Part shown: positions 39,201-51,493 of the stretch, piece after piece
How positions within the stretch are numbered: position 1 is the first letter of the stretch
Layout of the letters: the number at the start of each line of letters is the position of its first letter
Position numbers and translations under genes: made by a program
Assembly: GCF_963676685.1 (NCBI RefSeq)
Contig: NC_092344.1
Coordinates: 120,342,001 to 120,406,000 of the forward strand
Length of the DNA stretch: 64,000 nt
Source of the DNA: Mytilus edulis
Lineage: Eukaryota
Direction: 5' to 3'
Notes under the pieces: generated by a model
The model's input: the letters and a program-made list of their open reading frames with translations, nothing else
Told to the model about the DNA's origin: nothing
The model's database searches: none

Positions 39201-39291
39201 TGCTCTTTTCACAAAATCTTACGAGTAAACAATTAAATCTTAAGATTTGTGAAATTTATCACTTTTTCTCAGGTATATTGTCTATTTTATC

Positions 39292-42200
39292 ATGACTGGT
39301 TTCATGTGGTTCAAAGAATTAGTTGTTAACGGAACGAACCGTTTTCTCATTTTGTGTGTTAATTTCATTGGTTTCGTGTGGTTCAAAGAATTGATTGTTG
39401 ACGGAACGAACCGTTTTCTCATTTTGTGTGTTAATTTCATTGTTTTCGTGTGGTTCAAAGAATTGATTGTTGACGGAACGAACCATTTTCTCATTTTGTG
39501 TGTTAATTTCATTGGTTTCGCGTGGTTCAAAGAATTAGTTGATAACGGAACGAACCGTTTTCTCATTTTGTGTGTTAATTTCATTGGTTTCGTGTGGTTC
39601 AAAGAATTGGTTGATAACGGAACGAACCGTTTTCTCATTGTGTGTGTTAATTTCATTGGTTTCGTGTGGTTCAAAGAATTGGTTGATAACGGAACGAACT
39701 GTTTTCTCATTGTGTGTGTTAATTTCATTGGTTTCGTGTGGTTCAAAGAATTAGTTGATAACGGAACGAACCGTTTTCTCATTTTGTGTGTTAATTTCAT
39801 TGGTTTCGTGTGGTTCAAAGAATTGATTGATAACGGAACGAACCGTTTTCTCATTTTGTGTGTTAATTTCATTGGTTTCGTGTGGTTCAAAGAATTGATT
39901 GTTAACGGAACGAACCGTTTTCTCATTTTGTGTGTTAATTTCATTGGTTTCGCGTGGTTCAAAAAATTAGTTGATAACGGAACGAACCGTTTTCTCATTG
40001 TGTGTGTTAATTTCATTGGTTTCGTGTGGTTCAAAGAATTGGTTGATAACGGAACGAACCGTTTTCTCATTTTGTGTGTTAATTTCATTGGTTTCGTGTG
40101 GTTCAAAGAATTAGTTGATAACGGAACGAACCGTTTTCTCATTGTGTGTGTTAATTTCATTGGTTTCGTGTGGTTCAAAGAATTGATTGTTAACGGAACG
40201 AACCGTTTTCTCATTTTGTGTGTTAATTTCATTGGTTTCGTGTGGTTCAAAGAATTGGTTGATAACGGAACGGACCGTTTTCTCATTTTGTGTGTTAATT
40301 TCATTGGTTTCATGTGGTTCAAAGAATTAGTTGATAACGGAACGAACCGTTTTCTCATTTTGTGTGTTAATTTCATTTGTTTCGTGTGGTTCAAAGAATT
40401 GATTGATAACGGAACGAACCGTTTTCTCATTTTGTGTGTTAATTTCATTGGTTTCGTGTGGTTCAAAGAATTGGTTGATAACGGAACGAACCGTTTTCTC
40501 ATTTTGTGTGTTAATTTCATTGGTTTCGTGTGGTTCAAAGAATTAGTTGATAACGGAACGAACCGTTTTCTCATTGTGTGTGTTAATTTCATTGGTTTCG
40601 TGTGGTTCAAAGAATTGGTTGATAACGGAACGAACCGTTTTCTCATTTTGTGTGTTAATTTCATTGGTTTCGTGTGGTTCAAAGAATTAGTTGATAACGG
40701 AACGAACCGTTTTCTCATTTTGTGTGTTAATTTCATTGGTTTCGTGTGGTTCAAAGAATTGGTTGATAACGGAACGAACCGTTTTCTCATTTTGTGTGTT
40801 AATTTCATTGGTTTCGTGTGGTTCAAAGAATTAGTTGATAACGGAACGAACCGTTTTCTCATTGTGTGTGTTAATTTCATTGGTTTCGTGTGGTTCAAAG
40901 AATTAGTTGATAACGGAACGAACCGTTTTCTCATTTTGTGTGTTAATTTCATTGGTTTCGTGTGGTTCAAAGAATTGATTGTTAACGGAACGAACCGTTT
41001 TCTCATTTTGTGTGTTAATTTCATTGGTTTCGTGTGGTTCAAAGAATTGATTGTTAACGGAACGAACCGTTTTCTCATTTTGTGTGTTAATTTCATTGGT
41101 TAAGTGTGGTTCAAAGATTTGGTTGATAACGGAACGAACCGTTTTCTCATTTTGTGTGTAAATTTCATTGGTTTCGTGTGGTTCAAAGAATTGATTGTTA
41201 ACGGAACGAACCGTTTTCTCATTTTGTGTGTTAATTTCATTGGTTTCGTGTGGTTCAAAGAATTGGTTGATAACGGAACGAACCGTTTTCTCATTTTGTG
41301 TGTTAATTTCATTGGTTTCGTGTGGTTCAAAGAATTGATTGTTGACGGAACGAACCGTTTTCTCATTTTGTGTGTTAATTTCATTGGTTTCGTGTGGTTC
41401 AAAGAATTAGTTGATAACGGAACGAACCGTTTTCTCATTTTGTGTGTTAATTTCATTGGTTTCGTGTGGTTCAAAGAATTGATTGTTAACGGAACGAACC
41501 GTTTTCTCATTGTGTGTGTTAATTTCATTGGTTTCGTGTGGTTCAAAGAATTGGTTGATAACGGAACGAACCGTTTTCTCATTTTGTGTGTTAATTTCAT
41601 TGGTTTCGTGTGGTTCAAAGAATTAGTTGATAACGGAACGAACCGTTTTCTCATTTTGTGTGTTAATTTCATTGGTTTCGTGTGGTTCAAAGAATTGGTT
41701 GATAACGGAACGAACCGTTTTCTCATTTTGTGTGTTAATTTCATTGGTTTCGTGTGGTTCAAAGAATTAGTTGATAACGGAACGAACCGTTTTCTCATTG
41801 TGTGTGTTAATTTCATTGGTTTCGTGTGGTTCAAAGAATTAGTTGATAACGGAACGAACCGTTTTCTCATTTTGTGTGTTAATTTCATTGGTTTCGTGTG
41901 GTTCAAAGAATTGATTGTTAACGGAACGAACCGTTTTCTCATTTTGTGTGTTAATTTCATTGGTTTCGTGTGGTTTAAAGAATTGATTGTTAACGGAACG
42001 AACCGTTTTCTCATTTTGTGTGTTAATTTCATTGGTTTCGTGTGGTTCAAAGAATTGGTTGATAACGGAATGAACCGTTTTCTCATTTTGTGTGTTAATT
42101 TCATTGGTTAAGTGTGGTTCAAAGATTTGGTTGATAACGGAACGAACCGTTTTCTCATTTTATGTGTTAATTTCATTGGTTTTGTGTGGTTCAAAGAATT

Positions 42201-43490
42201 GATTGTTAACGGAACGAACCGTTTTCTCATTTTGTGTGTTAATTTCATTGGTTTCGTGTGGTTCAAAGAATTGGTTGATAACGGAACGAACCGTTTTCTC
42301 ATTTTGTGTGTTAATTTCATTGGTTTCGTGTGGTTCAAAGAATTGATTGTTGACGGAACGAACCGTTTTCTCATTTTGTGTGTTAATTTCATTGGTTTCG
42401 TGTGGTTCAAAGAATTAGTTGATAACGGAACGAACCGTTTTCTCATTTTGTGTGTTAATTTCATTGGTTTCGTGTGGTTCAAAGAATTGATTGTTAACGG
42501 AACGAACCGTTTTCTCATTTTGTGTGTTAATTTCATTGGTTTCGTGTGGTTCAAAGAATTAGTTGTTGACGGAACGAACCGTTTTCTCATTGTGTGTGTT
42601 AATTTCATTGGTTTCGTGTGGTTCAAAGAATTAGTTGTTGACGGAACGAACCGTTTTCTCATTTTGTGTGTTAATTTCATTGGTTTCGTGTGGTTCAAAG
42701 AATTAGTTGATAACGGAACGAACCGTTTTCTCATTTTGTGTGTTAATTTCATTGGTTTCGTGTGGTTCAAAGAATTAGTTGATAACGGAACGAACCGTTT
42801 TCTCATTTTGTGTGGTAATTTCATTGGTTTCGTGTGGTTCAAAGAATTGGTTGATAACGGAACGAACTGTTTTCTCATTTTGTGTGTTAATTTCATTGGT
42901 TTCGTGTGGTTCAAAGAATTGATTGTTGACCGAACGAACCGTTTTCTCATTGTGTGTGTTAATTTCATTGGTTTCATGTGGTTTAAAGAATTGGTTGATA
43001 ACGGAACGAACCGTTTTCTCATTTTGTGTGTTAATTTCATTTGTTTCGTGTGGTTCAAAGATTTGGTTGATAACGGAACGAACCGTTTTCTCATTTTGTG
43101 TGTTAATTTCATTGGTTTCGTGTGGTTCAAAGAATTAGTTGATAACGGAACGAACCGTTTTCTCATTTTGTGTGTTAATTTCATTGGTTTCGTGTGGTTC
43201 AAAGAATTAGTTGATAACGGAACGAACCGTTTTCTCATTTTGTGTGTTAATTTCATTGGTTTCGTGTGGTTCAAAGAATTGGTTGATAACGGAACGAACT
43301 GTTTTCTCATTTTGTGTGTTAATTTCATTGGTTTCGTGTGGTTCAAAGATTTGGTTGATAACGGAACGAACCGTTTTCTCATTTTGTGTGTTAATTTCAT
43401 TGGTTTCGTGTGGTTCAAAGAATTGGTTGATAACGGAACGAACTGTTTTCTCATTTTGTGTGTTAATTTCATTGGTTTCGCGTGGTTAAC
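39292..43490. repeat. 72-bp satellite, ~58 copies, between NADAR F and E
   Basis: Unit tggtttcgtgtggttcaaagaatt(a/g)gttgataacggaacgaaccgttttctcattttgtgtgttaatttcat; degenerate copies at both flanks. Confidence 0.97.
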
Positions 43491-44161
43491 AGTATTGATT
43501 GCTAACGGCCGGTGGGAATATTTGTTTCATGTGTGTCATATTCATTGGTTGCACTGATGTGTTAAGCTTTACAAATTGGAACCATGTTCTAAGATAGCCT
43601 TTCTGGTATGCACAAAGTGATGTTAGCTCTCGGGATTATACAATTGAAAAATCTGATTTCACGAATATCCATCTGTTAAAAGAGACAAGTTTTTTCAGGT
43701 TTTTTTTTATAGTTTTCTTCTGTAATTATTCCAACATCTTGTTTATTCGTGATAAGAGTTCCTGGGTAATTCTTAGTTGTTCTTGGTTAAGAGTTTAGAG
43801 ACGTTGGTGCTAATTTTATCAACATTTAGTTCAAACAGGTTGTAGAAGTTAAGAAAAATCCGTATTAGTATAAACATTCTAACAGAATTCTATCGTTACA
43901 AAGTCAGATGAGGTCTAGATTAGAAAAATCCATGTCGCGAAAACCAATGCAACTGCTTCAAGATACACAAACATTATTTTTTTTTAATTCTAGAATAAGA
44001 ATATCATTTTATTTACAAATTGTATTGTGAATGTATAATTCAAGCACTACATTTTTAAATATGAGAACAAATGCATTTGCAGACAATAAATATAGGAATT
44101 TGTACAATGAAATCGACTCCTAAAATTGTGAAATTAGCGTCTTATTCTCTTATTTTCTTCC

Positions 44162-46200
44162 TTATTCTTTTTGTTTTGCTGTTTTTTTTTCTGCTTTCTT
44201 TTTCTGTCGTTTTACCTTCTCTTTCTTTTCCACAAACCTATCCCTGATTTTTGTCAGGGCATGTCCAAGTAAGTTCTTTCCTTTCCAAGTTTCTTTATTC
44301 AAAGCTCTAGGGTCGTCGGCTGATAGCCCTATACCCCATATCGTATCAAATGGGCTGGCCTCAGCTAGAGTTTTGGGAAACGTTTTTAAGATAGTTTTCA
44401 TAAGGTCTTCATTCTGTTCGAACTGTAATAAAAAAAGAAAATGTATAACGCTGTTATTTAAATTTTAAAAATTACTATCAAAGTAAGGACGACGAGATGT
44501 TTTATAACTTGAATAGTACACAAGATAAAGGAAATCCACAAATTCCGGGATAAAGGTAGTTCCCAAAATTCTTGATACTAGTAACTAGAATATTATAGTA
44601 TTAAAACAGGATAACATGAATATAAAAATAGACTGTACTCGATCATTTAAAAAGAGTTTGTGAAAATAATGTATTGGTTCATGCACCTTAATTAACTTGC
44701 ACATAAATATTTTTCTTCATATGCAGCAGAGTTTGACTGTCCCTTTGGTATCGTTCGTCCCTCTTTTAATCATGTTTGTTAGTATATTTAACCAGATCAC
44801 TAAAACAATAAACTATATTACCTTGGCTTTGTTCCCACGAATAACTATATCCATACAGTTGTCATCCCATGTGCTCTGGTCGAAGTTTTTCACCTGACGG
44901 CCCAGTCTCTTATGTTCACGGGGTTCGTGTTCTGCTAGAATCTCAGATGCTGTTTCTTTATCTTTGAACAATTCTGAAAAAAATGTTTTTATTGATCAGT
45001 TTAATTCATTTAATTTGCAAAAATCATATATACATACTAGTAGCAAGGAGGTTATATGAGCTCATATAACCTCCTTGCTAGTAGTAATAACCTTAATTTC
45101 TTTCGTGTGATTTTCACTGTTTTAATTTTTTTTAAATTGCACTTGTGATCTACATCAAAACAAATTACAAGATGTACTTACGAGAAGACGAAAATCTTCT
45201 ATAGAAAGTTTGTTCATCTGTAGGAACATGTCTGATAAAAGTTTTAAAAATTCAGAATATTATACTGTTGGCATCTGCCAATATTAATTGATGAACGTGT
45301 GGGTAAAATAGTTGTATTGGTTTATGTTTGTAACTTACTTGCTTTACTATACATCATGAATTGTTCCGTGCAATTAAACGTGATTCCATCGACTGTGAAG
45401 TTACTTAGATACCACTGACTGTACGGAGAATGTGATTTCCAAAAGAATTCAAATTCTCTGTCATTCGCCGTGTCATATCTTCTTGATGTCTGGTTGTCTT
45501 TACTGGTTGGCCAGCTATGACGTTTTAATGTTCTCGAACTGGACGAGTTTCTATTGTTGTCTGACAAGTTGTAGTCACGTCTTTCTATCCTCTTAGTTGG
45601 CTTTATGTCTGTAATAGGTGACCAACTGTCGCGTCCTACAGAACTTCTTGTTGTATGTCTGTCTTTACTAGATGTCCAGCTGTCACGTTTGTTAGAACTT
45701 CTACGTGTGTCGTTGTATTCACTTGCTGACCAGCTGTCACCTCTGTCTGATCTTTTACGTGACCGACCATCTTTGCTGGTTGGCCAGCTACCATATCTTT
45801 CTGGACTTCTAAGTGCTTGTTTGGCTTTATGTGTTGACCTTGTGGTATCTGTTTCTATATCCCTAGTGTTATGGTTGTTTCTAATGGATGAGTAGCTGTC
45901 GTGTCTTTTATGTGTTTGACTGTCTTCATTGCTTGACCAGCTGTCGCGTCTTTTTATACTTTTGAATGACTGAATGTCTACATAAGCAGACCAACTGTTG
46001 GATCTTTCTGTTCTCCCTGAGTTTTGACTGTCTTCAAAGCCTGCCCAGCTGTTTCGTCCTTCTGACCTTTCATGTCTTTGATGTCGGATCTGTTCCTTTT
46101 GGTCTTTCCTATGCCTTTTGGCCGGATTATAAACCTCGACAGAATATGAGTTTTCTCGTTTCCCTGTGGTATTATGCTTTTTCCCTTCATGTGGTTCCAT
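44162..46200 (-). CDS. NADAR paralog F, ~424 aa; exons 46200-45339, 44973-44822, 44422-44162
   Basis: FFWKSHSPYSQWY..CTEQFMMYSKA|KLFKDKETA..EPREHKRLGRQVKNFD..GNKAK|FEQN..EASPFDTIWGIGL..WKGKNLLGHALTKIRD plus basic tail; GT/AG junctions; 152-nt middle exon. Confidence 0.9.
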
Positions 46201-46873
46201 TCTTTATTTACTGTAAACAAAGATAAAAAATTATACAGATATTCAGGTAAAAGATGAAAAAACGTGTTTAATTCATATCATGTTTTGTTGCATAGTATCA
46301 GTCAATTCGACAATTAATTAAGTCTCTTGATGCTCCTGTTCCCGGTTATTATGAATCTTTTAATGTGGTAGCTGATGTAGCAAATGCCTACGTCTGTTAA
46401 AAAAAATGAAAATCAATTGACTGTTCAGTCTGAGCAGTCTAAATTGTGATATTAACCGTATAACGATAAAAAGAAGTCATCTGGCAATTTTTGTTTATAT
46501 CTATTTAAACTTTTCATATTCCTCAAACAAACCTTAAATGATGTATTATTAATCCTCTCAAATTTATCGACTTCTATTCTTTCCCTCTCAAACTGGCATA
46601 TATATATGTCCCTATATGACACTGTTCGATACAAAGCTTTAAGAGTAATTAAGTCAATGGCTTGAGACATTGTGAGTTCATTATTCGATGTCCAAGCTCA
46701 AAACAACTTCGCCGTCTGTCATTTCACTAATTATTTGATTGTTTTCAAAGCTAGGACCATATTGGTTATCTTGTAAAGGACGGTATCAAACATTGCAAAT
46801 TAATTATTTGTTTGCGGCATCAGCAGATGGAATAAAACTTAATTTCAAATGTCCAATTTTAATAAAACATTTA

Positions 46874-48029
46874 TTAAGTTATAGTTATTGACCAAGCAAG
46901 TCGGTATATAGAATTTAATCTGCACAGCTCAGGTGACCCTTATTAACCCGAACGACGTAGGAGTTCGGGTTAAAGGGTCATCCTGAGCGCGTGCAGATTA
47001 AATTCTATATACCGATTTGATTGGCCAATAACTGTTTTAACACATGACGTCATTAATTTACGTGAACGTTTTACTTGTGGACGATATTCCTCAATCCACG
47101 GATCCTAGGAAAGTTTATTGTAGGGTAAAGAAAGGGGAAAATACGACTTGCATTGGTAAGTTTTAAATTGATAACTTTTTTTTAGGTTTAGACTTATTGT
47201 AAAATTGCAATTTAATGGTAGATTTTTTTTTTTAATGTTTCAATTAAATCTATTACCATTTTTTTTAATAGAGAAAGATAAACCGAGGAAGAATTAGATG
47301 TTATATTTTAAATTTTAAATGTTTAATAAACAGAAAATACTTTTCTCTTTCCAATCTTTTACTCCCCCTCCCCCAAATTATTTGTATCTACTGACAAGTC
47401 CATCTAAATGAAGTCTGATTGATCTCTAGCTAATCTCCCTGTTTTAAAACAAACTTAAATATGACCCCCTTCAAATTCGATCCAAAAATATGGGGAATAG
47501 ATATTCAAGAAGTCGTTATAAATTCCATTGAATCTAAAACTAGTCCAAATCAGATTTCTTTTATTCGGATATTCTTAGATACATTTCTTTTTTGGCGGAA
47601 GTTACCAAAAATTGTTTTAACTTTCTTTCTGACTTTAAAACACTAATTTAAGTTTTAAGTTGTACGCAAAATATAATACTTAAACATTTTATGTTCAAAC
47701 TAAGATGAAAAAAGGAATGAGAAACCTTTCTTTTTTCCTATTCTGAAACTACGATGTTTGTACAAAGTTCAGTTTTGTCGTAATTTCAAGGCAGATGGTG
47801 GATTCGGGGGTGGGGACGAACATGTCGTTCACCCAAGGATTGGACAAATTATCGTGTTTGCCTTAAAATCGTCAATATTGTTTTTAGTAAAATTAGGAAC
47901 CGCCCCTTAAGGTAAAAATAGATTTGAACTGTGCAGTATATCTGAGGTAGTTAATGCACACCTTTGCTGTGCATTATCCAGATTATAGCACAGTAAGAAC
48001 AAAGAGATTTTACTCTTGCCATGTGTTAA
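46874..48029. mobile_element. TTAA-bounded element with a long terminal hairpin (possibly Crypton-like non-autonomous), left copy
   Basis: TTAA at both ends, no TIR, ~150-bp fold-back at 46883-47033. The family assignment is inference. Confidence 0.55.
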
Positions 48030-48035
48030 TTGAGT

Positions 48036-49396
48036 TTAACACATGGCAAGAGTTAAATCTCTTTGTTCTTACAGTGTTATAATCTGGATAATGCACAGCA
48101 AAGGTGTGCATTAACTACCTCAGATATACTGCACAGTTCAAATCTATTTTTATCTTAAGGGGCGGTTCCTGGATTTTAAAAGGGGCGTTATTCTATCAAA
48201 TTAAAAAAAATATCACCGAGTGTAGCGAGACTAAAGACAAAATTGACGATTTTAAGCTAAAACACGATACTTTGTCCAATCCAAGGGTTAAAGACCTGTT
48301 CGCCCCCACCCCCGAATCCGCTATCTGCCTTGAAATTACGACAAAGTTGAACTTCGTACAAACATCGTAGTTTCAAAATAGGAAAACGAAAGGTTTCTCG
48401 TTCCTTTTTTTTTTTTTTTATCTAAGCTGGGACATAAACTATTTTATTATATTTTGTGTACAACGTAAATCTAAATCAGTGTTTTAAAGTTAGAAAGATA
48501 GTTAAAACAATTTTTGGTAATTTCTGCCAAAAAAGAAATGTATCTTAGAATATCCGAATAAAAGAAATCTGATTAGGATTAGTTTCAGACTCAATGGAAT
48601 TATAACGACTTTTTGGATAGCTATTCCTATAAAAGGACTATTTTTGGATCGAATTTAATGAGGATCATATTTAAGTTAGTTTCAAAACGGGGATTAGCTG
48701 GTTAGCTGGAGATCAATCAGACTTTATTTAGATGGACGTGTCTTAAAAAGTAATACAGTAGATAAAAAGGAAATTGGTTTGGGGGGGGGGGGGGGGGGTA
48801 AATGTTTTAAAAGAGAAATATATTTTCTGTTTATTTAACATTTAAAATTTAGAAAATATAAAATCTTCCTCGGTTTTTTTTTTCTCTAAGCATATCATTG
48901 AGGGAAAGAAATTCAAAAGCAATTAATCTAATTTAAACTCAATAACCCTTGCAGTTATTTTTCTTTTCATACACCAATTTGAAAGTACACAATATGTCAA
49001 AGTCTTAATCGTCACCAATTAAATAAAAATTGGGAATAAATTTAACGGAAACGATAAAAATAAATACACCATTACATCGCAATTTTAGAATGAGTCTAAA
49101 TATCAAAAAAAATATTAATTTTAAACTTACCAAAGTCGTATTTCCCCTACAAGAAACTTTCCTAGGATCAGTGGATTGCGGAATAACGTCCACATTTCTA
49201 AAACGTTCACGTAAATTGATTGCGTCATGTGTTAAAACAGTTATTGGCCAATCAAATCGGCATATGTAATTTAATCTGCACAGCACGAGATGACCCAATA
49301 ACCCGAACTCCTACGTCGTTCGGGTTATTTGGTCATCTCATGCTGTGCAGATTAAATGGCATATACCGACTTGCTTGGTCAATAACTATAACTTAA
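48036..49396. mobile_element. Second, inverted copy of the same element
   Basis: Reverse complement of 46874-48029 with substitutions and indels; TTAA at both ends. Confidence 0.6.
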
Positions 49397-49608
49397 TGAC
49401 TTCTTTAACATATCTCTGTTGGTCTCATTGTTGCCATGTGTTAATTGAGTTTAATGACTTCTTTAACATATCTCTGTTGGTCTCATTGTATGTTGACATA
49501 CGGATAAATTAATTTTGATAGTAATAACTATTCTTGCAGCTTAATTCAGGGTACCTAATTGGCACCTGTTATATCATTTTCAGTCATTCACGTTTATTTA
49601 TAAAGATA

Positions 49609-50374
49609 CTAGAACACACCCGTGATATCGCGGGTCCGGGACTGAATTAAAGTAAATAACTATGCGCAAGGCTGAAGCCTTATTTTTGTATTAGTATTGT
49701 CATCTGATATAGTCATGCCGATTATAAGATACACAGTTTTCTCTGCTTTCAAATCTTTCTGTTTGAACCTGTCGAACTGGAACTTATCAATTATTGGTAA
49801 TATTAATTATTTGGAAAACAAAAGGTCTTGGAATGGAGTATTTTTTTAATCAACAGCATTGTCCTATATTAGTTATAAATAAAGTTGAATTCTTTGATTC
49901 GATTGCTGTTTTACGTCATGCCCGCTAACAAATTGAAAACTGTACCTATACGCCTTATTTTTAGTCCAGATTTTTAGTATTCGTTTTGTTATCTTAGAAA
50001 GTCTTACTGATTAAAATATTACAATAGGTAACCATTTGACAATTTAGTAGTGTCAATCCTGTGGTTATGACCCGTGTATATAGCATATTAATCCTGAATA
50101 CACCGTTTGGTGGTGCGCCTGTCAGATGCGGAACGTACAGATAAGGTAATCGGTAACAGGTGAATATACTATTGGTATCGGTATCGGACTCGACCCGGAA
50201 CCTCTTAATTATTGGCAATATTAATTACGTGGAAAACAAAAGGACCTGGAGTGGTGTAATTTTTAATCTACACCTTTGTACTATATTAGTTATATATAAA
50301 GTTGAATTCTTTTATTCGTCGTTTTTACGTGATGACGGCTGACAAATTGGACCTCGTAATTTTAGTATTATAGA
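49609..50374 (-). mobile_element. Non-autonomous Helitron
   Basis: Minus strand 5'-TCTATAATAC..., subterminal hairpin CCCGCGATATCACGGG, 3'-CTAG, inserted between A and T; internal direct repeat. Confidence 0.85.
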
Positions 50375-50379
50375 TGAAT

Positions 50380-51150
50380 CCACACCTAATCGCCCCACTT
50401 TTTCACAAACTCGCCCCACTTTCTAAAAAACCGCCCCACTCTTGTTTACCAGCTCGCCCCACTTATGAAAAGGGCAAACTCCCGTTGCAAATAGTTATAA
50501 TAACATGGTCCCTTTATGAAAAGGGTTAAAATCCCGCTGAAATAAGGTCTGTCAACTGACCCCACTCATGACAAATAGATAAACCACTTATAAAAAAGAT
50601 GCAATCCCGTTGTATATCTTTGTCCCTGCCCACGTCAATACCTTTGAACACCAAAGCAAAGTGCTATAAAATCAAATTGCTGTTAAAAACTCTGTTTTTG
50701 CAATAAAGTTATATATAAATGTTAATCACGCATCAATAGTATGATTATGATACAATTAACAGGTTTCTTTTCAATTGTTATACAAATAACTAAGCTGAAA
50801 AGTATAAAGTTATTCTCCAATATTGATACAAAAATGTAAGTGCAATTATATTTTAAGAATGTTAAAAAAGTTTAATAAATTTCGTTTTTTTTTTTTGTAT
50901 TCTGCGGCTAGTTGGTAGACCTGAAAATTACATATATATATATATAGAAGTAGAATTTTCCTTTTTTCATGATAAGTGGGGCGAGTTGACAGGGGAAAAA
51001 TTAACTAGATTTAACCCTTTTCACAAGTGAGGCGATTTTTTTAAAAAGTAGGGCGAGTTGGTTAACCAGGTTGGGGCGATTTTTTTAATTTTTTTTAATA
51101 GTGGGGCGAGTTGGTGAAAAAGTGGGGCGATTTGGTGTGGGGCGATTTGT
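50380..51150. mobile_element. MITE with arrays of (t)cgccccact in inverted orientation
   Basis: Left cgccccact repeats mirror right agtggggcg repeats. Confidence 0.7.
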
Positions 51151-51383
51151 AGACTGCCTGTTTTTATTTTGTAGATGTATCTTGAATAACCTAAAGTTTA
51201 TAGTTCAAATTTTATTGAGAAATCCAGACACAAGATTCTAAGTTCTAGTTTTAAACATGTTTTTTTTTTTTAAATAAACGATCAATTATATCAAGATGTG
51301 TTTTATAACATTGATACATAGAACAGCCCGTGTGCGATCGTTCTGTTTGTGCCTTTACCGGATGTACAATTGTACCAAAACAA

Positions 51384-51420
51384 TGCGCATGCGTACATGC
51401 CTTTCAAATTTTTTAACGGA
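51384..51420 (+). promoter_or_regulatory. KIF2 proximal promoter motifs (NRF1-like, CHR-like, MYB-like)
   Basis: TGCGCATGCG at 51384, TTCAAA (reverse of TTTGAA) at 51403 and TAACGG at ~51414, all 75-110 nt upstream of the ATG. Confidence 0.35.
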
Positions 51421-51493
51421 TGACCTGAAAAAAATATGAAATTTTGATTTAATTTAAAATCTTTCTTGGATAATATATGAGCGTGAACTAGCC

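Noticed and set aside
39282-43557. 334-604 aa ORFs on both strands
   Set aside because: By-product of a 72-bp (multiple of 3) satellite; no unique domain or splice context. The most protein-like frame (NEINTQNEKTVRSVINQFFEPHET) is broken by many TAA codons.
3233-46200. Bacterial contamination or recent horizontal transfer of NADAR
   Set aside because: Conserved spliceosomal introns, host-type repeats and linkage to KIF2. Ancient transfer cannot be judged here.
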